NCBI GenBank assembly: GCA_030390025.1
Contig: CM059433.1
Coordinates: 10,170,001-10,234,000, forward strand
Origin: Squalus acanthias
Lineage: Eukaryota
Direction of reading: 5' to 3'
Length of the DNA stretch: 64,000 bases
In this document: piece after piece, positions 36,165 to 48,702 of the stretch
How the letters are laid out: each line of letters opens with the position of its first letter
Numbering within the stretch: position 1 is the first letter of the stretch
The notes under the pieces: model-generated
Told to the model about the DNA's origin: nothing
Database searches by the model: none
The model's input: the letters and a program-made list of their open reading frames with translations, nothing else
Made by a program: the position numbers and the translations under genes

Positions 36165-36393
36165 TGACGTAAGAAAACTACTAGGCACTTGGTCTAAGCG
36201 TTAAACAAAGCTTTAATCAACTGTTTTACAACATGGAGATCTAGTTGTGTCCTTCACTAGTTCCTGTTAAGGAATGTCCTGAGCAAGCTGGGCCCATGCC
36301 CGAGTATTTATACTCTCCCTGGACAGTGCCACCAGCAGGCCGCCCAGTATTACTTCATAAGTCATTTCCACATGAATGACAAGATTCATGTCA
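36165..36393 (-). mobile_element. Solo LTR (229 bp) with 5-bp TSD
   Basis: TGACG...TGTCA ends; TSD CAACC (36160-36164 / 36394-36398). Confidence 0.85.
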
Positions 36394-36402
36394 CAACCCG
36401 TG

Positions 36403-37068
36403 TAGGAAAGCAAATGGTATGTTGGCCTTCATTACAAGTGGATTTGAGTATAAGAGTAAAGACGTCTTACTGCAATTATATGGGGCCCTGGTGAGACCAC
36501 ACCTGGAGTATTGTGCACAGTTTTGGTCTCCTTACCTAAGGAAGGATATACTTACCATAGAGGGAGTGCAACGAAGGTTCACCAGACTGGTTCCTGGGAT
36601 GGGGGGATTGTCCTATGAGGAGAGATTGAGTAGACTAGACTTATATTCTCTGGAGTTTAGAAGAATGAGAGGTGATCTCATTGAAACATACAAAATTCTT
36701 ACAGGGCTTGACAGGGTAGATGCAGGGAGGATGTTTCCCCTGGCTGGGGAGTCTAGAACCAGGGGTCACAGTCTCAGAATAAGGGGTCGGCCATTTAGGA
36801 CTGAGATGAGGAGAAATTTCTTCACTCAGAGGGTGGTGAATCTTTGGAATTCTCTACCCCAGAGGGCTGTGGAGGCTCAGTCGTTGAGTATATTCAAGAC
36901 AGAGATCGATAGATTTTTGAATATTAAGGGAATCAAGGGGATATGGGGATAGTGCAGGAAAGTGGAGATGAGGTAGAAGATCAGCCATGATCTTATTGAA
37001 TGGCGGAGCAGGCTCGAGGGGCCGAATGGCCGACTCCTGCTCCTATTTCTTATGTTCTTATGTTCATA
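36403..37068 (+). mobile_element. CR1 (HER1-like) 3' fragment
   Basis: 177-aa ORF LVRPHLEYCAQFWSP...FFTQRVVNLWNSLP; (TTCTTATG)n tail. Confidence 0.9.
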
Positions 37069-39141
37069 TGGTCGTTATCCTCCACATGAGCAGCAGTCCT
37101 AATCCCATGTTCCCATATCTCTTTACTCCCTTTTCCTCCAACCACCTCTCTAACTTATTCTTAAATGCTGGCATGGCACTTGCAGCATTGTAGCTAAGCA
37201 CAGTTTCATCTCCCTTGTGCCGCTACTTGAAATGTGCTGGTTAGGCAACTGCCTCTGGACACATAACTAAGACTAAAATGTTTCACACGCTAGCAGAACT
37301 CGAGAGAATCTGTCGACATATAGCTTAAGTTTGGACTGTTGAATGGTGGTTCAGAGGACTGTAACTCAGGATTACCTCAGGCCATCCTTAACTACTGATG
37401 CACCAAGTAGGATAGGGTCAATGGATGCTTATAAAAAAAAAGTATTAGACCGATTCTGTCAGCATGAATAATACAGATTGGACATGCGACAAGGGACCTT
37501 TTGTCCTATTTCACTCCAGCGACCATGCTTCATTGAATAGTGTAACTCAGTGAAGGAGCTCTGTAAATAGGATTGTTCGAGTAATAAATCAATGGAAGGA
37601 ACTAAAGTAAAAAGCTAACAATTATCTAGAGGTAAGCACATACCTCTGACTAGAGTTCTCCTTTGAAGTGGTGAAGTCATGGAAGAGTGATTCTTCTCGT
37701 TGTGGATCTTATTAGGGTGAGAGGTGACTAGGTTGGAGTATTTTTCTTAAGTATCAGTGGATACAGGTCACTTTCAGTTCTGGCAATGTGCTATAAATAT
37801 GACAGATCTGACTGCTTAAGCTTTTTTATAATGACCTGCCAAAGCAGCTGGAAATCGAACTCTGCCAAAACGTGGCTTTAAATGCAATACCCTGTTATTT
37901 GTTGGACACACACCGTTAGTAGCTGTAAAAAAATCCCATCTACACGACATACATTTACACTCAAGCTCAGGAAGGAATTAGGATGCAGAGAACCCTGGAC
38001 ACCTGTGAGCATTGTCACATCCAGGATCCTGAAACCAGAGTGCTGAAATTCCTGGGAACACCTTGTGGGAGAGGTGGGTGGGTGACCGAGGGGGTAGCAG
38101 AATTTCTGCCCGTCCATTGATGACGTCCCTGACCCCGTCAGAAATCCTGGCATCAGGAAAATTGACATATATTGTCCAGGCGTCCGCGCTGCTTCCAGGT
38201 GGTGGTCTGAGCGGGAGGAGGAATATCACTGCTGCCGCACCTCTCCACAGCATTAGCAGGGCCGTGGGACTCTGGGAAGGAAGGCAAGAATAATTTAAAT
38301 GGCCCTTTTCTTGCTTATGCCGGTTTCAGCAAAGCAATCAATGGCTCTGTGATCAATTTGGCTCTGCCGAAATTATCCTTTGAATTTAGAAACTCCCCCC
38401 CTACCCCCCCGCAATCCTAGCAATACTAGAGATCAGGGACTCACAGGCGTTGCTGGTGTCCAGAATTGCTGAAGTATTAATAAGGCGGTGAAAAGGGGGA
38501 TCCAGGTTGTGCACTCAATTCTAGCCCTTACGCTGCCATGTGCCCTGCGTAACCATTCTACCTGTCACCAGGAATTTTGGGGCTCAGGAATTTAGTTCGA
38601 TTGTGAAATCTAATGCTCAGACATCCTATCTTGGATCTGAAAATCAAAGTGGAGAAAACGTTGATGTGGCATTTTTTTTTTCCATTTAATTTTCTCTCTT
38701 CTTGAAGGCACTGGCTCTTCCTGCGATACAATCCCACAGGGCTTGGCAGCTGTCCAGTGCCTCGGCAAAGTGGCAACTTTTCATGCATGAACCTAAAGCA
38801 GTGACTGTTGGCCGTTCGACTACAGAGGGCATCACACTTAAGCCCAGACCTGGTTCCTCCCCCCCCCACCAATATCTGCGCACATGTACTTTCCATCAGG
38901 GGCCACTGAACAATAATCAGGACCAAGGATGGTCCTTATCCCTATTCCACGGACACTGAAATCAGCTGTACTGCTGGTACCTTTGCCCTGGATGAGATCA
39001 GTTGACTGAGCGTGACATCCAGCATATTTTGTAAATACAGCTTGATATCCCGTGACAGTGCACATGGGAGTCAAAGCCCAGTGTAGGTCGGGGGATAATT
39101 GAAGCGGGCCGCACAGATTAAAAAATATATAGCGATATATT

Positions 39142-39837
39142 GGGGTAGAGTTTCCGCTTTGGGCGCTATCAGCAATCTGGGCGCAAATTGCACCCAAAAT
39201 TGCACCCGTTTTGAAAAGTGTTTTTTTCCCCCTGAATTTCTGCATGTACCGATGGCCGAATGCCAAATCCGCCATGAACCAGTGCAATCGGGCAGCGTTT
39301 TAAAATGTAATTTCAAAAAATAATAATAATTTTTGCTTTAAAAAAATTCCCTGATATATTTAAGAGTAGTAGCCGGGTGCAGGTTGATTAATACAACTGA
39401 AAATGGGTTTAATCACAAAGAAAATAAGCGTTTTTTTAATCACAGTGTCAATCCAGCAGCTGTGAGCAATCCGATTTTAAATGACTTAAAATGACTTTTT
39501 TTAAAACATACAAACTATTTGCTAGTTACAATGGTGTACAGTTGTCAGTTTCTTAGTAAATTAAAAAAAAAATACATTCAAAAGCTTTTAAAACGTGCCC
39601 CCCAGAAAAGCTTAATTTTTAGAGCCTCCTCCTAATTGTAATTAATTCGATCGGGGGGGGGGGTCACGGCCAGTTTTGTGGGCGGGGAGGATTCCAGCGC
39701 GATGTTTTTTTCAACTTGCCCGAAGGGTCGCGGAGTCTCGATTTGCGCTGGACGTAATTTGCGCTTGGAATTCGCGATCTTTTGCGCTGGTTTGGCCGAT
39801 TTGAAAATAACAACTTAACCAAGCGGAAAATCCAGGC
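39142..39837. mobile_element. MITE-like element
   Basis: Imperfect TIR GGGGTAGAGTTTCCGCTT / (rc) GCCTGGATTTTCCGCTT; GC-rich ends with AT-rich core. Confidence 0.45.
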
Positions 39838-40677
39838 ATCCACATGTCCCCACACATTTCCTGTCTGAGCCACTTGACTTCCTGTTGTCGTGCATTTCTG
39901 ACACTTTTTTGTGTCACTTTTTCCCCCATTATAATATCCACATTTGTAATGAGTTTCGCCAATGTAAACTTACCACGTTGCAATTACACAATCTGGTCAC
40001 CGGGTGACACATTCTCGTTCTGAAAAATCTTCCTGCAAGTTAGTGGCGGACTTTTAATCAAAAGCTTTTTACTGCAAATAGGTTTCATCAGGAATTTTGC
40101 CGAGGGACTGCACTATGTCGGTAAAAGTAAAATTGCGTAAAGTTCAGTTGTATCCATAGCAAGCAAAACAGATGTGAACGGCACCTGTGTGAAGATCACG
40201 TTGTTCTTTGCACCCTGCAGGATTTGTATTGTCTCTCCGAAATCTAACAACCAATATTGATCTGGCACCCACCCACCAGAGTAAAATTCCTTTTTTCTGT
40301 GCCCCCCCCATTATTACATCACCCCCAAAGGTGGGAGGGTGTAATTACAGCGTGACAAGTTTACATAGACAGTTTCCATTATAAATGTGGACATAGGAAT
40401 TTATAATGAGCAAAAAGTTGACACGCAAATGTGACAATATGAAATAATGTTTTGTACATAATAAGTGCGCATAGATGTAAGGTTTTTAATATATTATAGA
40501 TTACAACATGTATTGAATATACTAGTGACACTTAATGGAAAAACATCAATAACTTCAAGTTTTATTTTTATTACATATGCTGATAGACTGTCCAAACTAA
40601 ACACTTTTGTAGAGTGTCTTATTAGAACGTGAATTGGTGTCACACACTTGGACTAACACTGCTTAGGAGTGATGAGA

Positions 40678-41647
40678 AAAGAAAGAAAGACTTGCATTTC
40701 TATAGCGCCTTTCACAACCACTGGACGTCTCATAGAAACATAGAAACATAGAATCTAGGAGCAGGAGTAGGCCATTCGGCCCGTCGAGCCTGCTCCGCCA
40801 TTCAATACGATCATGGCTGATCATCCAAATCCAGTACCCTGTCCCTGCTTTAATCCCCACAGTACACATATCCCACCCTACCCCCGTAACCCCACGTATT
40901 TAATTCCCCCTAACATATCCCATCCTATCCCCATAACCCCACATATTTAATCCCCCCCTAACACTAAGGGTCAATTTATCATAGCCAAATCAACCTAACC
41001 CACACATTTTTGGACTGTGGGAGGAAACCGGAGCACCCGGAGGAAACCCACGCAGACACGGGGAGAATGTGCAAACTCCACACAGACAGTCACCCGAGGT
41101 CAGATTCGAACCCGGGTCTCTGGCGCTGTGAGGCACCAGTGCTAACCACTATGCCACCGTGTTGCCGACTGAGTCAGAAGGTTGTGGGTTCACAGTCCCA
41201 CTCCAGAGACTTGAGCGCAAAAATCTAGGAAAAATCTAATCTCGAAGCGCTTTACAGCCAATGAAGTACTTTTGAAGTGGAGTCACTGTTGTAATGTGGG
41301 AAACGCAGCAGCCAATTTGCCCACAAACAGCAATGTGATGATGACCAGATAATCTGTTTTTGTTATGTTGGTTGAGGGATAAATATTGGCCAGGACACCA
41401 GGGAGAACTCCCCTGCTCTTCTTCGAAATAGTGCCATGGGATTTTTTATGTCCACCTGAGAGAGCAGACGGGGCCTCGGTTTAACGTCTCATCTGAAAGA
41501 CGGCACCTCCGACAGTGCGGCGCTCCCTCAGCACTGCACTGGGAGTGTCAGCCTAGATTTTTGCGCTCAAGTCTCTGGAGTGGGACTGTGAACCCACAAC
41601 CTTCTGACTCAGTCGGCAAGTGTGCTACCCACTGAGCCACAGCTGAC
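40678..41647 (-). mobile_element. SacSINE1-like SINE split by an HE1-like SINE
   Basis: Tail at 40678-40732, body and head at 41240-41647. Confidence 0.85.
40731..41166 (-). mobile_element. HE1-like V-SINE with CR1/HER1 tail
   Basis: tRNA-like head GGTGGCATAGTGG...GGTTCGAATC; V-domain GCGTGGGTTTCCTCCGGGTGCTCCGGTTTCCTCCCAC; ~47-bp tandem duplication; CR1 3' UTR tail. Confidence 0.85.
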
Positions 41648-42102
41648 AGAGGAAGAAATAATCCGCTTGACGAGTTCACATGGTGCTATGAGGCCATCAG
41701 AGAAGTGTGAGCAGTGTACAGCAGCTGTGCAGACTCAGAAATAATGGAGTCGGTTTGAACCCTGCCCGCCCAGTGGCGGGCGGACAGTTAAAACCGAGCT
41801 GGTGAGTCACCCGCTTGGAACTGGCCCCTTTCCCGCCGCCTGCGATCTTAACCTGCAGGGTTCTTCAGGCGGCTGAGTTGCCCACCTAAAGCGGGAGGAG
41901 GGGGCCTCGAGAATTCATGCAAACTCAGGGTCCTATTACACCCATAGGACACCGCGTGCGTTCTCTCCCGGGGCCTGAGCAGACAAGTTGGGAAGGGCGA
42001 AGAGACCCAGAGGGCCCGGAGAAGCAGGGATGCTCCGCGCGGGTAGTGGGTGGGCAATCAACTTGCCAGACAGCTCTCCCGCCGGAAAACCCACTCCGAG
42101 TT

Positions 42103-42733
42103 AACATAAGAACATAAGAAATAGGAGCAGGAGTAGGCCATTTGGCCCCTCGAGCCTGCTCCGCCATTTAATGAGATCATGGCTGATGTGATCTTGGGCT
42201 CAGCTCCATTTCCCTGCCCGCTCCCCATAACCCATCACTCCCTTATTGTTCAAAAATCTGTCTATCTCCACCTTAAATGTATTCAATGACCCAGCCTCCA
42301 CAGCTCGCTGGGGCAGAGAATTCCACAGATTTACAACCCTCTGAGAGAAGAAATTCCTCCTCATCTCAGTTTTAAATGGGCGACCCCTTATTCTGAAACT
42401 ATGCCCCCGAGTTCTAGATTCCCCCACGAGGGGAAACATCTTCTCTGCATCTACCTTGTCGAGCCCCCTCAGTATCTTATATGTTTCAATAAGATCACCT
42501 CTCATTCTTCTAAACTCCAATGAATATAGGCCCAACCTGCTCAACCTGTCTTCATAAGTCAACCCCTTCATCTCAGGAATCAACCTCATGAACTTTCTCT
42601 GAACTGCCTCCAATGCAAGTATATCTCCCTTAAATAAGGAGACCAAAACTGTACGCAGTACTCCAGGTGTGGTTTCACCAATATCCTGTACAGTTGTAGC
42701 AGGACTTCCCTGCTTTTATACTCCAACCCCCTT
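42103..42733 (-). mobile_element. CR1 (HER1-like) 3' fragment
   Basis: 148-aa [12 protein letters not shown]...WNSLPQRAVEA; tail. Confidence 0.9.
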
Positions 42734-44339
42734 CAAATCCCCCCCAATATTACAGATCCCTATCCCTAGCATCCCTTATGATCAAGATGAAAATCTTCTG
42801 TTGCATGTGAGAATTTAGTTCAATTAGCCATCACTCTGTCCTGACAGTGATGATTGGTGTGAACAATAATGATCAATGGGCTTGATCACAGCTTTGTGAT
42901 GACGTTCAGACCAGCAGAATAAAGCTACCACATTCAACTTCCCACGGCTTATTGTGTGAATGCACCACGTGGTGTGGTACTGAGCCGTACAGACCAGGAA
43001 CTGTCTATGGTTCGATTCCTGGTCTGTGCTGTCTTAATTACCTGTCGGTAACCAGAGGACACAGATTTAAGGTACAGTAATTGGCAAAAGAAACAGAGGG
43101 GACATGAGGGGGGAAAAAAGTGACGCAGTGAGTTGTTATGATCTGGAATGCACTGCCTGAAAGGGAGGTGGAAGCAGATTCAATAGTAACTTCAAAAGGG
43201 AATTGGATAAATACTCGAAGGGGGAAAACTAATTGGAGAGCTCTTTCAAAGAACTGGCACAGGCATGATGGGCCGAATGGTCTCCTTCCGTGCTGTATCA
43301 TTCTATGATTCTATAATTGGTCTAAATCAGGGTGGCACTAGGAGCACCACAATTGCCTTTCGTTCTGCTGGACTAGGGTGGGGGTGGGGGATGGTGCAGG
43401 TGGGGAATCAGGCAATGTACCCACCCCCTATTGGTTTTCATTGGAAAGTGCGCGTGTGCAGATATCGGATGAGAGTAAGACTGGGTTCAGCACTGAAGGC
43501 CTCCAGTAAATTGCTTGCATGGATTTACATACAAGTGGAGGGCTATCAGCACCCATAGAACCATATCCCAGAGATGGAAAGCGAAAGTGGCGATATGACT
43601 ACTACAGGGTTACTGTGAGATCTCCTGCGGCATTGCTTCTGGTTCGACAAGTGTGTGTTGTAGGAAGTAAATGTCACACTTACGGGAGGTGCGCGTAATG
43701 CACAAGACTTTTCATATATTATAGAGCTATCCAAATCTTTTCACGTGAGCTATAGAAAAATAATTTCGCCACATTAGCATTCTGAACAGCCCACTTCAAA
43801 TAATTTGCAGCAGGTTCAGATGAATTGTGCAGAATTGATTTCTTAAAAGTCTGAACTGATGTGTTGAATAAATGTTTTCATTAACAGCAAAGCACAGTGA
43901 CGCGTGCTTAATTCGCCAGAAAAATTAATGTATAAAGGTCAGTATCCAGTCACTTCTTGTAAAAATGGATTGTGTATTTTCATCCCACTTGACTGTCCAA
44001 GTTTTGGCTTGCCATGATAATTTAAAAACTCCCCAGTTCTCACCCCCTCCTCTTGTGAAGACACTGGAGATGAAAAATGACATGACCCTTGAGTGGGAGT
44101 GTGGTGGAACGGTCACAAGTTAGGCCAGGACCCCGATACGCTGAGTCACGACCTTTTCCCAGATGTCTCCATTGGCACCAATGGAAAGCATCATCGAGCC
44201 GGGTGTAAAACGGGTGGCCGACCCGATCCTGTCAGCTTCCCATCGTGCAGGTTAGGTTAAACTATGATTCACAAAGGAGATCACAACAGAACAATGTACA
44301 ATCCTACAGCTAGATTGGGAAACCCCTTAAAGGACAAGG

Positions 44340-44985
44340 ACGGCAGTGTCAGTGGTTGTGAAGGTTAGAGCTTACTTTGAACCTTTACGCAGTAAACTCC
44401 TTCCAAGCAACTGTGGGAGATCTCAGTCACATCTGCCCAACCTTTAGTGCACACTTGCATCACGCAGATCACTGATGCATTGTTTGTCAGGGCCAGTAAA
44501 TTCATCAGTTCCCCTTTAGAAAGTAGCCATCAACAGGAAAGAGGCCTCCACTTCTATTATGTAGGAGGATTCCCCAGAGTGCAGGACATCATTGACTGTA
44601 CTCATGTGGCCTCCATTCCCCACCCCCGATGTTACTCCATTCTTGAACAGAGGCGGTCCACCAGTCCATGAATGTGCAGCCAGTCTGCGACCGTAGGAAC
44701 ACAATTATGCACATGAATGCCCGTTACCCTGGCAGCTCCCACGATTCCTTCATCCTCCAGCCATCAATGGAGCGGCATTATTTAAAGGGTCATGAGGACT
44801 GCAGCCATGGCTGCTGTGCGACCGAGGATATACACTGCAGCTGTGGCCCACGTCACCACCGTATGACCCGAGGACAAGAACTGAGAAGAGGTACATTATG
44901 ACGCACGCTCCCACCAGCCTCTCGGTCAAGCGCGTCATCTGCGTCCTCAAGCGATAATTCAGATAGCGGAATAGATCAGGGGGGG
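44340..44985 (+). pseudogene. Degraded Harbinger transposase fragment
   Basis: CITQITDALF, GFPRVQDIIDCTHVA, MNVQPVCD, ARYPGSSHDSFIL; frameshifted. Confidence 0.85.
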
Positions 44986-44989
44986 GCGT

Positions 44990-45415
44990 GCTAACTGTGT
45001 TAGCGTGTGTCGCACTCTCGCTTCTGAGTCAGAAGGATGTCGGTTCAACTCTCACTCCAGGGACTTGAGCGCATATACCAGATGACACTCGAGTACGGTA
45101 CTGAGGGAGTGCTGTACCGTCGGATGAGACGTTAAACCGAGGCCCCGTCTTCCCTTTCACTCGGATGATAAAGATCCTCTGGCACAATTTGAGGAAGAGC
45201 AGAGGAGTTCTCTCCTGGCCAATATTTATCCCTCCGCCAACACCTAAGAACAGATTGTCTGGTCATTATCATGTTGCTGTTTGCGTGACTTTGCTGTGCA
45301 GAAATTGGCTGCTGCGTTCCCCTACATTACAACCCTGACTACACTTCAAAAGTACTTCATTGTCCTGAGATGTGAAAGGTGCTATATAAATGCAAATCAT
45401 TTCTTTTCTTTCTTC
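44990..45415 (+). mobile_element. Older SacSINE1-like SINE
   Basis: Diverged match to 30254-30720 in the opposite orientation. Confidence 0.75.
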
Positions 45416-46690
45416 TCTTCAACAGAAGAGCAGAATTTTCCACCTTGTGATTCTGGCGAGAGAAACCAGCCCAGTAAAAGAGCAAATCCTTTCTAATTTT
45501 GTTGACATTAATGTGCCTGGTAATGAAATGTGTGAAGGCATGAGCTATAGAGATCTGTGAGAAATATATATTTCTGAACTGAATCCATTTTAATAATGCA
45601 TCGTTTTCCTTCTTGGGATCAATATTAGTACTGCATGCTTATTGACGTTGCTGACCTTCACTCGTTCCTGCTGGATTTCTGGCTCCGTGATTGCCAGGAA
45701 CCATGGACATGGAGTAGAGAGGTCAGTGGCACTGATATCAATCCCTGTAGCAAAGAAACTGAATACTGTGACAGGCTAAATGAGCAGACAACAATAAGAA
45801 GACCACTTGATTGATAGAACTGATCAGCACTGGACAGAGCAACCAGTAACTACGCTGATAAAAGGAGCGAGTTTCTTGATACTTGTAACAGCCTCTACCA
45901 TATTGACTATATCAATCAGATCTGAAGGTGGAATAAGTAGCTTTGAGTGACAGAAAGGGTTTAACTACAATGTAGGGGACCAGTGAGCAGAAAGTGAAAA
46001 CACTGTGTTACAAAAAAGAGGAAAGAGGCATCAGTACACATTTTTTCAAAAAATTAAAACGTGACAAAGAAACATGATTAACTTCAAAGGCCTTTATTTC
46101 TTTGTGAATATTTCTGAGTGCTGATGAACTAATCAATGATACAGGCCCAAAGCTGGTACTGAACCTACTAATGTGATGGAACTCAATTAACATTAGTTGA
46201 TGTAGAATACTTCAAATTCAATTGTGCATGTTAACCCTTCAAATGCTGGGAATGAATTATCTTATAGCTGTGACAACGTCGACACACAGGCACTCGACAG
46301 TAGGGAGTCACCGAATAGTGATCAAGATTCACAACCCTGACTGACTTTATTCCTCTCACTCGTCCAGGATAGCCTGAAGCCAGTTATAGCGCATCGAAAA
46401 AGAAAGACTTGCATTTCTATCGCAACTTTCATGACCTCAAGACACACCAAAAGGCTTTACAGCCAATTATGTACTTTTTGAAATGTATTTCACCGTTGCA
46501 ATGTGGGAAACGCGGCAGCCAATTTGCGCACAGCAAGCTCCCACAAACAGTCATGAATTAAATGACCGGATCGTCGGTTTTTAGGTGTTGATTAATCTAC
46601 TAAGATTAGCTAACTCAGCAAAGGCCTCGGATCAAACCTGGGACCTCCCCGTTCTGTGTGGCTCAGTATCACACAGGGATTGCAATTACT

Positions 46691-46727
46691 TCACCTGACG
46701 AAGGAGCAGCGCTCTGAAAGCTTGTGA
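46691..46727 (+). ncRNA. Minimal hammerhead ribozyme motif within PLE fragment 46685-46785
   Basis: UCAC-CUGACGA-A-GGAGC-agc-GCUCU-GAAA-GC-UU-GUGA; G-U at the base of stem II. Confidence 0.7.
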
Positions 46728-48702
46728 TTTCAAATAAAGCTGTTGGACTATAACCTGGTGTTGTGCGACTTCTCACATTTGTCCAAAAAAAACATTGGGG
46801 GTGCCACGAAAACATTTCCACAAAAATATATATTAATTAAAAGGCCAATAAGTACTTGTAACTTCCGCTATTAAAAGGGAAGGATCCTGAGAAGACTCAC
46901 GTTGACAGAATTCCATTTCACTCCCCTCTCGCCGACAGACAGCTTGCTTTTCCCCCCCGCTGCTTCGGTACAATTTGTGCAGTTGAGACAAATGTTGCAT
47001 TTAATTTCTGGCACAGATTCCGACAAGATTCTGCGCCCTGCGCGCTCACGAAAACGGGTCCCAAGCAGCGGGCGACGCCCTTCGACTCCCAGCTAAAATG
47101 CAGTGAAACATGGGGCCATTTGCTGTGGGCCCGTACCAGGAGCCGAGGGCGGTCTCCTCTGCGTCGCGGTGCTCTGGGGGAACTGCAGCCTGGAAAGGTT
47201 CACCGGGCGTGTGAAGAGAAACCATATCACACGCACAAATCCTCTCAACAAATTAAAACTAGGTCCAAGCAGCAAAAATTATCGGGAAACATTTAGAGGA
47301 ACCTGTGCTGGCAATTAAACGTGCCCTCCAGCTGATTCATGATAGGCTGCATAACTCAATTTAATGAAATTGTAAATCAATAAACTCAATTTCCCTAATT
47401 GCCAACAGTTAAAGTGGCTTATTAATTTAGATTTAGATTAGCATCATTGTTGTGGCCTAATAGGACGCTGTTCAATGTTTCCATTTGTGTAGGCTTATGA
47501 CTGGAGGTTAGACTGAAAACAACTTTGTGCAGAATCTATCCTCCCAGTGGCTGGAACGGCTATTTTGGTGGCATTCAGTTGAAGCCACATTGTAACGTGT
47601 TGTGTCCCCTGTTCCCACATGCCGCCGATGGTCTGTTAAGCTCTGCAACGGAACGCAGGGTATAACAATACAAATTCACCAGCTTAATAACTGGAGGTTA
47701 CCCGTCTGACCTTTGTTAACTAGCCTGGAAAACGGCACACACAAAACCAGGCTAATGCATAAGCCAGGGAGCAGGAAGCTCATATTTTATTGCTAAGGCA
47801 GCCTTGAATGTCACCGTAGTCGGTGCAACTTTCCTCAGGTGCTGACTGTTCGGATCTGTTTGTCGTGGTGCCTTCTCCCAAAGTTTTAGAGCTCTTCACC
47901 AGCGGCACAGCAACTGGCCTTGATCCTTTGGGCCCTCATTTTCCTAACTGTTATCGTGTGGAATATAAGCTGCCTTGTGCCTGGTAGTTCATGAAAACAA
48001 TTGCATGCTTATGCCATATTTATCGCTAAAAAAATCCACATGACTGCATCATAATGAATGCCAGTGAAGCCCTTATTGTTTCCTGGTTTACTGAGCTGAA
48101 GTTTACGAAGGGTGCAAGGGGGGGAGGCAGGTCAGGAGAGCGTTGGCATGGTCGAGTGCAGAGGTAACAAAGGCATGGGTGAGGGTTTCAGCAGCGGATG
48201 AGCTGAGGCAAGGGGTGGAGACGGGCGACGTTACGGAGCTGGAAGTAGGCGGTCTTGAAGGAGAGGCTATGGGTTCAGACGCTCAGCTCAGGGCCAAATA
48301 AGGACGCCGAGCCAAGACAGTGAGCATCACCTAGCTATTCGACTGTGGAAGGTATCACACCTAAGCCCAATGCTGTCCTCATCCAATGTGCGCTTATCAC
48401 CATGCTTTGGTAACTATATATCAAACCAAAATGATGTTGAATAAACCCCAAAAATCCTCATGACTGTATCATAATGGTTGCCAATGAAGCCCTTATTGTT
48501 TCCTGATTTACTGAAGACTTTTACAATGTAAAATGCACTTGGGGGATTTGTGATCAAGTGTCTGTCCATCAGAGCAAAAGTTATTACATCCTGCTTCAAT
48601 GCTGATACTGCTCCTGTTACTAGCATGAATGTCCCAGCTGCAATCATGAAAGATCACTTCATTGTATCACTAGAACTGCAATCCAAATCACAATACATTT
48701 AA

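Noticed and set aside
2852..36393. One 33-kb LTR element bounded by the two LTRs
   Set aside because: The second LTR has its own TSD, outer flanks do not match, and there is no gag/pol between them.
43741..43743. In-frame TGA in the candidate exon read as selenocysteine
   Set aside because: No selenoprotein-like context or recognisable SECIS, and the exon itself is unverified.
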